Positions 8,739 through 18,338 of a stretch of DNA of 34,184 nt are shown in pieces. The position numbers were made by a program, and so were the translations under genes. The stretch is from an uncultured Thermodesulfobacteriota bacterium (lineage in GTDB: Bacteria > Desulfobacterota > S145-22). Below the pieces are notes generated by a model that saw only the letters and a program-made list of their open reading frames with translations, did no database searches and was not told the DNA's origin. How positions within the stretch are numbered: the stretch's first letter is position 1; each line of letters begins with the position of its first letter. Where the stretch lies: positions 1 through 34,184 of the forward strand of contig CAZPTH010000003.1 in NCBI GenBank assembly GCA_964589315.1. Reading direction: 5' to 3'.

Positions 8739-10541
8739 TTATTCTTCCACGGACAGGATGGCGAGAAAGGCATCCTGGGGGATGTCTACCCTGCCAACCC
8801 GTTTCATTCGTTTTTTACCTTCCTTCTGCTTCTCCAACAGCTTTCTCTTCCGCGTGATGTCCCCCCCGTAACACTTGGCGGTGACGTTCTTTCGCAGGGG
8901 TTTGATGGTCTCGCGGGCGATGACCTTCGACCCGATGGCTGCCTGAATGGCGACCTCGAAGAGCTGCCTTGGGATGAATTCCTTAATTCGCTTGATCAAA
9001 TCTCTCCCTTTGGCATAGGCCTTGTCCTTATGAACGATAAGAGACAGGGCATCCACGATTTCCCCGTTGATCAGGACGTCTAATCTTACCAGATTCGCGG
9101 GCTTGAATGCAAGAAACTCATAGTCAAAAGAGGCATACCCCCGGGTTGACGATTTCAGCCGGTCGTAGAAGTCGATAACGATCTCATTTAAGGGCAATTC
9201 GTAGGTTACGACCACCCGGTTGGAGGAGTAGAACTTGATCTCCTTCTGAACCCCTCGCCTCTCCTCACAGAGCTTCAGGACGGTTCCCACATACTCCGAT
9301 GGGATATGGATGGTTCCCAGCATGACGGGCTCTAAGATGGTCTGGATCTTCTGCGGCGAGGGAAGCTGGACAGGGTTTTCCACCAAGATCTTCTCTCCAT
9401 CTGTCTGGATGACCTCGTACCGGACGGTGGGTGCGGTCGTGATCAGCTCCAGCTCGAATTCCCGTTCGAGCCTTTCCTGGACGATCTCCATGTGCAGAAG
9501 GCCGAGGAATCCGCAACGGAAACCGAACCCGAGGGCCAGGGAGGTCTCGGGCTCGAAATGAAATGAGGCATCGTTCAGCCGGAGCTTCTCCAGGGCGTCC
9601 TTGAGGTCGTCATACTTTCCGGCATCCACCGGATAGAGCCCGCTGAAGACCATGGGCTTGACCTCTTTGAACCCGGCCAGGGGCTTCTTGGCGGGGTTCT
9701 TGAGGGACGTGATCGTATCCCCGATGCGGGTGTGGGAGATGTCCTTGATCCCCGCCGTCAGGTATCCCACTTCCCCGGGGCCCAGGCTGTCCAAGAGGAC
9801 GGGGTGGGGCGAGAAGGTCCCGACCGATGTGACTTCGTACACCTTCCCCGTGGACATGAAGCGAATGTCCATGCCCTTGTAGATCCTCCCGTCGAAGACC
9901 CTGACCAGCGTGACCACGCCCATGTAACTGTCATACCAGGAATCGAAGATAAGGGCCCTGAGGGGGCGATCCAGGCTCCCCTCGGGAGGCGGGATACGGT
10001 GAATCACGGCCTCCAGGACCTCGGTAATCCCCTCTCCCATCTTGGCACTGACCAGGAGGGCGTCGGTGGGGTCCAGGCCGATGATCTCGTAGATTTCCTG
10101 CTTTACCTTTTCCGGTTCGGCGCTGGGGAGATCGATCTTGTTGATGACGGGGATGATTTCCAGGCCCTGGTCCACGGCGGTGTAGACATTGGCAAGGGTC
10201 TGGGCCTCGACCCCCTGGGCGGCGTCGACCACGAGGACCGCCCCTTCACAGGCTGCCAGGCTCCTGGATACCTCGTAGGAGAAGTCAACATGTCCCGGCG
10301 TATCGATGAGATGAAAGGTGTAGGTTTGACCGTCCCGGGCCTTATAGCGCATCCGGACCGTCTGGGCCTTGATGGTAATGCCCCGTTCCCTTTCCAGGTC
10401 CATCTTATCGAGATATTGTGCCTTCATTTCCCGGGGAGAGACGGTATGGGTCACCTCGAGGAGCCGATCGGCCAGGGTCGATTTCCCGTGATCCACGTGG
10501 GCGATGATGGAAAAGTTTCTGATGTGACTCTGCTGACTCAT
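8739..10541 (-). CDS. lepA: Elongation factor 4
   Basis: [53 protein letters not shown]. Confidence 0.98.
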   Translation of the reverse strand: MSQQSHIRNFSIIAHVDHGKSTLADRLLEVTHTVSPREMKAQYLDKMDLERERGITIKAQTVRMRYKARDGQTYTFHLIDTPGHVDFSYEVSRSLAACEGAVLVVDAAQGVEAQTLANVYTAVDQGLEIIPVINKIDLPSAEPEKVKQEIYEIIGLDPTDALLVSAKMGEGITEVLEAVIHRIPPPEGSLDRPLRALIFDSWYDSYMGVVTLVRVFDGRIYKGMDIRFMSTGKVYEVTSVGTFSPHPVLLDSLGPGEVGYLTAGIKDISHTRIGDTITSLKNPAKKPLAGFKEVKPMVFSGLYPVDAGKYDDLKDALEKLRLNDASFHFEPETSLALGFGFRCGFLGLLHMEIVQERLEREFELELITTAPTVRYEVIQTDGEKILVENPVQLPSPQKIQTILEPVMLGTIHIPSEYVGTVLKLCEERRGVQKEIKFYSSNRVVVTYELPLNEIVIDFYDRLKSSTRGYASFDYEFLAFKPANLVRLDVLINGEIVDALSLIVHKDKAYAKGRDLIKRIKEFIPRQLFEVAIQAAIGSKVIARETIKPLRKNVTAKCYGGDITRKRKLLEKQKEGKKRMKRVGRVDIPQDAFLAILSVEE

Positions 10542-11197
10542 TATCGCTTTACAATGGTTGCCCTTGAGATTCTGAGGGCGTGGTTTCGAAGGAGAAGGCG
10601 CCTTGCCTTGGCCGCCTCGGTAATATTCGGGTAGTATCCAACCCAGATCCGGTAGTAATGACCCGGCTTCCCGGGGATGGATACCTTGAGGATGTGGGGC
10701 GTGAATCCCTTTTCGCGCAGCATGTTAGCCATCCTGACCGCCCGGTCCCTTTCACGGAAGGCGGCCACCTGGAGGGCATAGGCCCCGTTGGATTCGGCAA
10801 CGGATTTCTTTGATGGGCCCGGCTTTTCCTTTTTCTGTTTTCCCTCTTTCGGTTTAGAAGCCGATTTGGCCTTTTTCCTGTTCGGCGCCTGTTTCTGCTC
10901 AGCTTCGGGATTCATGTTGAGCTCCTGGTCCCCCTCCTTCATCAGTTGATCGTAGAAGTTGATATCGACTTCTTCCTGCTTCCCCTTTTCCCCCGGACCT
11001 TTTGGGGGCGGGACTGATTCCACGGGAAGGGGGGCCTTGACCTCTTCCCTGATGGGGGCGATGCCTTCACGAATGGCATATTCCTTTCCCACCTCTACAC
11101 CGATCAGGAAAAAGACGATGGACGAAATCAGGGCCACGATGAGAGTCGTCAGGGGGGAGCCGGATTTCGGTTTTGTCTCCTGTTTCTTCTTACCCAT
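10541..11197 (-). CDS. SPOR-domain bitopic membrane protein, FtsN-like
   Basis: N-terminal TM helix, INFYDQL motif, charged linker, C-terminal SPOR (YALQVAAF...YYRIWVG); directly downstream of argS. Confidence 0.8.
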   Translation of the reverse strand: MGKKKQETKPKSGSPLTTLIVALISSIVFFLIGVEVGKEYAIREGIAPIREEVKAPLPVESVPPPKGPGEKGKQEEVDINFYDQLMKEGDQELNMNPEAEQKQAPNRKKAKSASKPKEGKQKKEKPGPSKKSVAESNGAYALQVAAFRERDRAVRMANMLREKGFTPHILKVSIPGKPGHYYRIWVGYYPNITEAAKARRLLLRNHALRISRATIVKR

Positions 11198-11203
11198 AAA
11201 TCC

Positions 11204-12862
11204 TTACATCCTCTGGGGCGCGTTGATCCCGAGGAGATCAAGCCCATTGCGAATCACCTGCTTGACACACCGCACGAGGAAGAATCTCGCGGCACTGGTG
11301 TCGGTATCCTCCACCAGGACCCGCGTGTGGTTGTAATAATGGTGAAATTCCCCCGACAGCTCGTGGAGGAAGTAGACCATACGGTGGGGTTCCAGGGCCT
11401 CCGCGCACTGAGCCACGACCTCCGGGAAGCGGGCGATTCGCTTCATCAGCCGCTTCTCGCCCGGAAGCTCCAGGCACTGCCAGCTCACCTGGCTGTATTC
11501 GGGGACAGGGACCCCGGCTTCCCGGGCCTTTTGCTCGATGCTGCATACCCGCGCGTGCGCGTATTGCACGTAGAAGACCGGATTTTCATTCGATTGCCTC
11601 CGCGCCAGGTCGAGATCGAAGTCGAGGGGGGAGTCCGAGCGCCGCATCAGAAAGAAATAGCGTGCGGCGTCTTTCCCGACCTCGTTTAAGACCTCGCGAA
11701 GGGTTACGAAGGTTCCCCCACGGGTTGACATGGAGATCTTTTCCCCTTTCCTGAGGAGGTTAACCAGCTGGATGAGGACTACTTTCAGTTGGTCCGGGTC
11801 GTAGCCCAGGGCCTCGATAACCCCCTTCATCCTCGGGATATAACCGTGGTGATCCGCCCCCCAGACATCGATCACGAGGTCGTACCCACGTTTAAACTTG
11901 TCCCAGTGGTACGCGATGTCCGAGGCGAAGTAGGTCGTTTCTCCGTTCTGTCGAATGACCACGCGGTCCTTTTCATCCCCGAATCGGGAACTGGTAAACC
12001 AGGTGGCGCCCTCCCGCTCCTCGATGAACCCCCTGTTTCTCAGGTCTTCAAGGGCCTGAGACACCTCTCCCCCTTCGAAAAGGGATGCCTCGGAGAACCA
12101 CCGGTCGAATGAGACGCCGAAACTTTCCAGGTCCGAGCGGATGGAGGCAAGAATCTCCTCGGCGGCCACTTGGCGGCATCTTTCGATGGCGGCATCTTCG
12201 TCCATGGCAAGGAGTCGATCTCCTTCCGTTTCATTCAGCCTTCGGGCGATGTCCCGGATGTAGTCGCCCTGGTAGTGGTCTTCGGGAAAGGGGATCTCCC
12301 GGCCGTTCAGTTGGAGGAGGCGGAGGTAGACCGAGCGGCCCAGGACCTTCATCTGGCGCCCGATGTCATTGATGTAATATTCCGTGTCCACCTGGTGTCC
12401 CACGGCACGAAGCAGTCTCGCCAGGGTGTCTCCCACGGCGGCCCCCCGTCCATGCCCCACGTGAAGGGGCCCCGTGGGATTGGCGCTCACGAATTCGACC
12501 TGGATCTTTCTCAAGGGGGATGCCTGCGTCTGTCCAAACGTGTTTCCCCTCTCTTCGACCTCTTTAAGGGTCTCGAACCAGGTGGCCGGGGAAAGGGTGA
12601 AGTTGATGAATCCGGGACCCGCGATCTCCACCGAGGTAAAAAAGTCTGTTTCCTTCAGCCGAGCAGCCAGTGTCTGGGCAATTTCCCTGGGGTTTTTCTT
12701 TAAGGTAGAGGCGAGCCGCATGGCCACGTTGGTGGTGTAATCTCCGAAGCGTTCCTGCGTGGGGTAATCCACGGTGATCTCCGGGGGTTCGCCTCCCGCT
12801 TTAAGTTCCGGGAACTCTTCCCAGAGTGATGTCTCAATGATTTTTCGTATCCGTTCCTTCAT
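11204..12862 (-). CDS. argS: Arginine--tRNA ligase
   Basis: EFVSANPTGPLHVGHGR, WGADHHGY, MSTR, YVQYAHAR. Confidence 0.97.
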   Translation of the reverse strand: MKERIRKIIETSLWEEFPELKAGGEPPEITVDYPTQERFGDYTTNVAMRLASTLKKNPREIAQTLAARLKETDFFTSVEIAGPGFINFTLSPATWFETLKEVEERGNTFGQTQASPLRKIQVEFVSANPTGPLHVGHGRGAAVGDTLARLLRAVGHQVDTEYYINDIGRQMKVLGRSVYLRLLQLNGREIPFPEDHYQGDYIRDIARRLNETEGDRLLAMDEDAAIERCRQVAAEEILASIRSDLESFGVSFDRWFSEASLFEGGEVSQALEDLRNRGFIEEREGATWFTSSRFGDEKDRVVIRQNGETTYFASDIAYHWDKFKRGYDLVIDVWGADHHGYIPRMKGVIEALGYDPDQLKVVLIQLVNLLRKGEKISMSTRGGTFVTLREVLNEVGKDAARYFFLMRRSDSPLDFDLDLARRQSNENPVFYVQYAHARVCSIEQKAREAGVPVPEYSQVSWQCLELPGEKRLMKRIARFPEVVAQCAEALEPHRMVYFLHELSGEFHHYYNHTRVLVEDTDTSAARFFLVRCVKQVIRNGLDLLGINAPQRM

Positions 12863-13010
12863 CTGCCTTCTTTTCCTCTTCTTCCCCTTCTTTTGGAAGG
12901 GACAGGTCCCTCGTATAATCGGGACAGATTCTGTCTTTCATGGTAAACCGTTTCTGGCAGGTCTTTCGCCATGCACAAATGGAGCAAAAGGTCTTTTCCG
13001 CTGACGACAT
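12834..13010 (-). CDS. Small 58-aa protein with four Cys (putative Fe-S/Zn binding)
   Basis: GGGGAG Shine-Dalgarno before ATG 13010; MSSAEKTFCSICAWRKTCQKRFTMKDRICPDYTRD; fills the gap between the hydrolase gene and argS. Confidence 0.7.
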   Translation of the reverse strand: MSSAEKTFCSICAWRKTCQKRFTMKDRICPDYTRDLSLPKEGEEEEKKADEGTDTKNH

Positions 13011-13027
13011 CGTTTGTTCTCCCCTTC

Positions 13028-13849
13028 TCAGGATTCCTGGGTAAGGGCCTGGTAGAATTGCGGTTGCCTGTCCTTTAGAACGGGCCACTGGTTTCGCGCG
13101 CTGGCGACCTCCTTCAGGTCGATATCCGCGATGATCAGGCCCTCGGTCTTTCCGCTTTCCTCCCCGAGGAGGTCCCCGCCGGGCCCCACGCAGAAGCTCA
13201 TGCCATAGAAGTTCTGTTTATCCTCCACGCCCACCCGGTTGACGCGAAAGGCGTAATATCCGTTCGTGATGGCATGGGACATGATCATGGTCTTCCACCT
13301 GTGGTGGGAAAGGAAGGCATTGGCCGTGGGGCTGAAGAGGATCTCGGCCCCGCCGAGCCCCAGGATCCTTGCTGCCTCGGGAAAGAAGTTATCCCAGCAG
13401 ATCAGGATCCCCACCTTGGCGTATCTTGTCTCGATGACCGGAAATCCCAGGTCCCCCGTTTCAAAATAGGACCGCTCCTCCCACAATGGGAACTGGGGGA
13501 CGTGAACCTTTCGATACCTGCCCGCGATTTCGCCGTCGGCATCGATGACGAAAGCCGTATTGTAATAATGGCCGTCCCCGGATTTTTCAAAGAGGGTGCA
13601 GACGAGCACCATCTCCTCTTTCCGGGCTATCTCCCGCATTTCCGTCAGCGTGGGGCCTTCCTCGTCTTCCGCCAGATTGAAATAGTCCTGGTTGATTTCC
13701 GAGGGGAACCAGTGCGTTTGGAAGAGCTCGGGAAAACAGACGATCTTAACCTCTTTCGTCGCGGCAAACCTGAGGAGTTTCAGGGCCCGGTTCAGGTTGT
13801 AGTCCTTGTCTTTCTTACAGCTCAATTGCACACCGGCGATTCTCAGCAT
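13028..13849 (-). CDS. Carbon-nitrogen hydrolase (nitrilase superfamily, N-carbamoylputrescine amidase/ureidopropionase-like)
   Basis: E-K-C triad motifs FPEL, YRKVH, ICWD; start reassigned to ATG 13849 behind AGGAGAAGGA. Confidence 0.88.
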   Translation of the reverse strand: MLRIAGVQLSCKKDKDYNLNRALKLLRFAATKEVKIVCFPELFQTHWFPSEINQDYFNLAEDEEGPTLTEMREIARKEEMVLVCTLFEKSGDGHYYNTAFVIDADGEIAGRYRKVHVPQFPLWEERSYFETGDLGFPVIETRYAKVGILICWDNFFPEAARILGLGGAEILFSPTANAFLSHHRWKTMIMSHAITNGYYAFRVNRVGVEDKQNFYGMSFCVGPGGDLLGEESGKTEGLIIADIDLKEVASARNQWPVLKDRQPQFYQALTQES

Positions 13850-13863
13850 TGTAAATCCTTCTC

Positions 13864-14877
13864 CTACAGTCGTTTGAGTCCGAGGGATTCCATGTCCCAT
13901 AAGGGGGAGACTGTTATGATCTGTTCCTCCCCGGTCTTGATGTCTTTTAAGGAGGCCTGCACCTCCTTTTCATTTCTGCCCTTCCCGTAGCGTGCCACGA
14001 TGCCTGCCGCCTCCTTCAGCCTCTCAGGTGAAAATCCCTGGCCCTTGAGAAGCCCGAGGGGCCCGGGAAAATCCCTGACACTGACAAGGACAGATCCCGC
14101 TTTGAGCAGTTCAGACAGGCGACCGTTTTCCGCCTGGTTTCTACCCACGATGAGATGGGTCCTGTCAGGCCAGATGAAATGTCTCCCGACCCGGCAAAGT
14201 TCAATGTCGTCCCGGTCGATTTCCGGGTATGTCTTTACCACATATTCGATTCTTTTGGAAAGCGTGGGATCGGTAAGGATGCAGCCCCCCGCGGGAGACG
14301 GGTAATCCGTAATACCGAACCTGGCGGCAAGCTCCATCTGCCCCTTGCGGTTTCTCCCGGAAAAGTCGAAAAGGGAAGCCCGATCAACGAGGCCCTCTTT
14401 CTCGGGAATCGTTTCAGGCAGGAGCTTTGCGGACAGGGGGCGGAGGAGGTATCCTTCCATGCCCGAGTCCCGTTCCACGATCCGCATGGTATCCCTCCGC
14501 TGTGACATGGGGCGTTGCCCGATCACCTCTCCCGTGGCCACAAAACGGGCTCCCGTTTCCCTCATGATCTCTCCCGCCTTTTTAACCATGAGGATTTTGC
14601 AGTCGATACAGGGGTTAAAGTTTTTCCCGTACCCGTGCGCTGGTGATTTAAGCATGGGAAAGTAATCCTCCGTGATATCCACTACTGTGAGCTTAATCCC
14701 CCATCTTGTCCGAACCTTCTCGGCCAGGTGGTCGGGGTTTGCGAGGGAGCGGCTTCCGAAAAAAGGGGTCACGAACTTTACAGCCAGAACATCGATCCCC
14801 TGGGCCTCCAGGATTTTGATGGAAAGAATACTGTCCAAACCGCCCGAAAACAGGCAAATTGCTTTGACTGGCTCCAT
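13864..14877 (-). CDS. PP-loop tRNA sulfurtransferase (ThiI/MnmA-like) with a C-terminal DUF814/NFACT-R-like domain
   Basis: SGGLDS PP-loop, NPCIDCK, GEVIGQRPMSQ, PAGGCILTD, GRHF and GRN motifs; no N-terminal THUMP domain. Confidence 0.8.
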   Translation of the reverse strand: MEPVKAICLFSGGLDSILSIKILEAQGIDVLAVKFVTPFFGSRSLANPDHLAEKVRTRWGIKLTVVDITEDYFPMLKSPAHGYGKNFNPCIDCKILMVKKAGEIMRETGARFVATGEVIGQRPMSQRRDTMRIVERDSGMEGYLLRPLSAKLLPETIPEKEGLVDRASLFDFSGRNRKGQMELAARFGITDYPSPAGGCILTDPTLSKRIEYVVKTYPEIDRDDIELCRVGRHFIWPDRTHLIVGRNQAENGRLSELLKAGSVLVSVRDFPGPLGLLKGQGFSPERLKEAAGIVARYGKGRNEKEVQASLKDIKTGEEQIITVSPLWDMESLGLKRL

Positions 14878-14885
14878 AAGTAATG

Positions 14886-14915
14886 AAAAAAGCTAAACAC
14901 TCGCATGTTTAGCTT
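14886..14915 (-). terminator. Intrinsic terminator or attenuator hairpin between the PP2C gene and the housekeeping run
   Basis: Minus strand AAGCTAAACA-TGCGAG-TGTTTAGCTT followed by further T residues. Confidence 0.5.
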
Positions 14916-14981
14916 CCACGCTCTCCTTTCTCTCCTCATACTTACCAGAGATTACAAGGAAATTCAATTGATGCGTAAAGG

Positions 14982-15944
14982 TTACGGAGCCCCGGCCGAC
15001 TTTTTTTGCCCCGTGTCGTGAGGGGACCCCATCCCGAGGGAGGAATAGATGAAATTTCGGGCCCTTTTTCCCATCTCTGTGGAACGGCCCAGGTACCAGG
15101 CCCCACCCGCCAGGATGAGGAGACACAGGAGGACTGCCAGCCATTTCAGGGGACTTTTCTTTGAGGATTTCACGTCTGGCTCGGTGTCGAATCGCCGGGT
15201 CCCGGCCATCACCTTGTCATCCAGGACGGCCAGGGTAATGGAGATGTTGTCTTTCCCGCCCGCGGCGTTCGCCGCGGAGACCAGGCGCCGGATGGCCTCC
15301 TTGGGGCTGTGATCGAGGAGCACGTCTCTGATTTCCGATTCAGGCACCTCGTCGTAGAGGCCATCGGAGCAAAGGAGGACCTGATCGCTGGGGCGTAATA
15401 CGATCTGGCGGTAGTCGAACTTCTGTTCGGGTGAGATTCCCAGGGCGTTGATGATGACATGGCGCTTTGGATGGGTTAAAGCCTCCTCCGGGGAGAGGAC
15501 GCCTTCGTTGACCATTTTGCGCACCAGGGTATGGTCCTCCGTCAAGGCTTGCAGGGTTTTTCCCCTTAAGAGGTAAGCCCGGCTGTCTCCCACCTGCAGG
15601 AGATGGAGCTCCGGGAAGCGGATGACGGTGGCCGTCAACGTGGTTGCCATTCCCTTGCATTCGGGATGTTGATTCACGTAGTTTCTGATGCCTTGATTGG
15701 CCGCTGTGACGGCCTGGGACAGGAAGGTCTTGGGATCCAGCTTTTCGGCCTTCTCGAAGTGCTGTTGAAGGGTCTGAACGGCCAGGCGGCTGGCGATTTC
15801 CCCGCACATGTTTCCACCCACGCCGTCCGCGACTACCATCAGGAGGAGGTCCTGCTTCTTGAAGACGGCGCAGGCATCCTGGTTGTTGGATCGCTTGCGG
15901 CCCGTGTCCGTGATGGAAAAGGCCTGTATGCGCTGAGTCGCCAC
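14982..15944 (-). CDS. PP2C-family (Stp1/PrpC-like) Ser/Thr phosphatase with C-terminal TM anchor
   Basis: TDTGRKRSNNQD, VADGVGG, QVGDSRAY, LCSDGL, GGKDNIS; TM segment WLAVLLCLLILAGGAWYL. Confidence 0.93.
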   Translation of the reverse strand: MATQRIQAFSITDTGRKRSNNQDACAVFKKQDLLLMVVADGVGGNMCGEIASRLAVQTLQQHFEKAEKLDPKTFLSQAVTAANQGIRNYVNQHPECKGMATTLTATVIRFPELHLLQVGDSRAYLLRGKTLQALTEDHTLVRKMVNEGVLSPEEALTHPKRHVIINALGISPEQKFDYRQIVLRPSDQVLLCSDGLYDEVPESEIRDVLLDHSPKEAIRRLVSAANAAGGKDNISITLAVLDDKVMAGTRRFDTEPDVKSSKKSPLKWLAVLLCLLILAGGAWYLGRSTEMGKRARNFIYSSLGMGSPHDTGQKKSAGAP

Positions 15945-15956
15945 GGGGACAGCGTG

Positions 15957-16460
15957 TTAGAGGAGTTTGAATTTGATGGTGGTCTGACCGATTTCGATCA
16001 GGTCCCCATCGTGAAGCTCTATCCGGTCCACGGCCTGTCCGTTAACCCTGGTTCCGGAATCGGTATCCAGATCCGTCAGGAAATAGGTGTCGTCCTTCTT
16101 CCTGATGCTTACATGAATCCTGGAAAGGGAGTCATCGTTTAACCGGATATCCGCCGCATCCCCCCTGCCGATAAGCAGCTGTCCCATATCCACGGGGATA
16201 TGGAACTCCTTCCACCTGTCTTCTCCCTTGACAATGACGAGCCACCCGAGAAACGCCCCGACGGGTTCCAGCCCCTCCGAGAAGATCTGTGTCTTATCAA
16301 GGGGTTGTTCCGTGAAGACGGACGTCTTGTCCGGGCTGGAAAGGTTTTCCGCCACGATCTCCGTCTTTTCGAAAGATGCCTGCTGGGCCAATTCTCTCCC
16401 GCAATCTCTGCAGGTTTTAGACCCGTCCGGGATGGTTGCACCGCAAAATGGACAAATCAT
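15957..16460 (-). CDS. Zinc-ribbon + FHA domain protein
   Basis: CPFC...CRDC; FHA motifs IGRG, LSRIH, DLDTDSGTRVNG, GDLIEIG. Confidence 0.9.
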   Translation of the reverse strand: MICPFCGATIPDGSKTCRDCGRELAQQASFEKTEIVAENLSSPDKTSVFTEQPLDKTQIFSEGLEPVGAFLGWLVIVKGEDRWKEFHIPVDMGQLLIGRGDAADIRLNDDSLSRIHVSIRKKDDTYFLTDLDTDSGTRVNGQAVDRIELHDGDLIEIGQTTIKFKLL

Positions 16461-16484
16461 TTTTTTCTCCTGTCAAAAAAGTTC

Positions 16485-18320
16485 TTAATTTCGTGGAAAT
16501 GCCCCTTCAAAGCCGACGGGTTTATCATTGTTTTCAGGTTCGGCGTTCTTTTTGCCTGTGTGCTTGCTCCCGGAAGGATGTTCCAGGTCTTTTAATGATT
16601 TTTTGATTGATTTGAAGAAATGCCCGATCTGCTTATCTATGGTAAGGGTCTCATTCTCTTTCTTTTTTGCCTTTTTTTCATGTTGCTGAGGAGGAGATTG
16701 CTTCTTGATCTGTTGCTCGGTACTGTAGGTGCCTTCCGAACCCTCTTTGATCTTTTGACTCGGTTTCCGTTTCTTTGATTTTTTTGCGACGGGTCGCCTT
16801 TTGTGTTTCTGCCTTGTTTTTTGTGTGCCTGTACCGGATTCCCGGGTCTTTTCGGAACTTTCCTTTAATTCTCCAGAAGGGGTCATCTCGACGACCGTTC
16901 CGCCCCGGGGGGATTCCCCGGAAGATGTGGAAGTTACCTTATGCTCGGGTTTTCTTGGTTGTTTTTTTTGTACGTTCTCCTGAGGCACCACGGTTTCTTC
17001 CTGGTCTTTCTTATATTCTCCGGAAGGGGTCATTTCGACGATTTCCCCTTCCGGGGCAGTCTCCACGGAGGGGGGGGACGTTTCTCGTTTTTCCTCTCCC
17101 TCTCCAGATTCCGGTTTGCCTACACTCTTTTCAATTTCTTCGAGAACAGGGGTGACATTTTCCTCAGACGAACCTTCCGCCGCCGGCTTCACGGAGCCGT
17201 TTCCCTCCAGACCAGTTTTTTTTTCTGCCTTTTTTGGAGGGGGCGATGGAGGAGACGTCTCCTGGACCTTTTTTTCGATCGCAGGGGCCTTAACAACAGG
17301 GATAATACTCTTTTTTCGGTTCATGAACCAGTAGGTAACCACCACAATCGTGGCCCCTAACAGGAGGATGGCGATAATGATCCAGATGAGAGGAGAGACC
17401 TTTTTCCCCGTCGCTTGAAGAAAACTTCCTGTCCCTTTTTTTATCCCCCCTTCCGACGCCTTTTCTGGGGAAGGGATTGAGGATTTTGGCTTTTTCTCGG
17501 GAGTTGCGCCCAGGGAATCTAAGTCCTTTAGAACCTCCGCGGCAGAGGAGTAGCGTTTTGCGGGATCCTTTTCCAGGAGCTTGAGGATGATAACAGCGAG
17601 GGGTTTCGGGATGTCCTTTTTGATCTTCTTGGGATCGGGAGGAGGGGTTTCCGCGTGGGCCTTCATGATTTCGAAGTCTGAATTTCCAAAAAAGGGCAGT
17701 TTCCCCGTGACCATCTGGAACAGGGTAATTCCCATGGCATAGAGATCACTTCGGGCGTCCACGGATTTTCCCTTGATCTGCTCGGGAGACATGTACCACA
17801 GGGTGCCGAGTCTGACACCGGCCCGCGTGTGACCCTGTTCCGTGGTGGCCTTGGCAATACCGAAATCGGTGACCTTGACATGCCCTTCCGGGGTGATCAT
17901 GATATTTCCCGGTTTCAGATCCCGGTGGATCACACCCTTGGAATGCATGAAGGCGAGGGCTTCCAGGACCTGGCGGGTTATCCGAGTCGCCGTGGCAGGG
18001 GGCATCGCCCCCTTCTCCTGGATGATTTTATCGAGGGTTTGTCCCTCCACGAATTCCATGACGAGGAAGAGACGACCGTCACGTTCCAGGAGATTATGGA
18101 CATTTACCACATTGGGGTGGTTCAGCTTGGCCTGGATTTTCGCCTCACGGATGAAACGCTCACGCATTTCGGAATTGGAGGCCAGTTCCGGGGAGAGGTC
18201 TTTGATGGCAACCAGTTGTTCCAGGCGGACATGGACGCCCTGGTAAACAACACCCATACCGCCTTCACCAATCTTTTTGAGGATTTTGTAATCCCCTATT
18301 ACGGTTCCAAGAAGCGACAT
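16485..18320 (-). CDS. Membrane-anchored Hanks-type Ser/Thr protein kinase with low-complexity C-terminal tail
   Basis: GEGGMGVV, VAIK, HRDLKPGN, DFG, GTLWYMSPEQ; TM LIWIIIAILLLGATIVVVTYWF; K/E/P/S-rich tail with no PASTA repeats recognised. Confidence 0.93.
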   Translation of the reverse strand: MSLLGTVIGDYKILKKIGEGGMGVVYQGVHVRLEQLVAIKDLSPELASNSEMRERFIREAKIQAKLNHPNVVNVHNLLERDGRLFLVMEFVEGQTLDKIIQEKGAMPPATATRITRQVLEALAFMHSKGVIHRDLKPGNIMITPEGHVKVTDFGIAKATTEQGHTRAGVRLGTLWYMSPEQIKGKSVDARSDLYAMGITLFQMVTGKLPFFGNSDFEIMKAHAETPPPDPKKIKKDIPKPLAVIILKLLEKDPAKRYSSAAEVLKDLDSLGATPEKKPKSSIPSPEKASEGGIKKGTGSFLQATGKKVSPLIWIIIAILLLGATIVVVTYWFMNRKKSIIPVVKAPAIEKKVQETSPPSPPPKKAEKKTGLEGNGSVKPAAEGSSEENVTPVLEEIEKSVGKPESGEGEEKRETSPPSVETAPEGEIVEMTPSGEYKKDQEETVVPQENVQKKQPRKPEHKVTSTSSGESPRGGTVVEMTPSGELKESSEKTRESGTGTQKTRQKHKRRPVAKKSKKRKPSQKIKEGSEGTYSTEQQIKKQSPPQQHEKKAKKKENETLTIDKQIGHFFKSIKKSLKDLEHPSGSKHTGKKNAEPENNDKPVGFEGAFPRN

Positions 18321-18338
18321 GGCTGCCTCTATCTTCCC

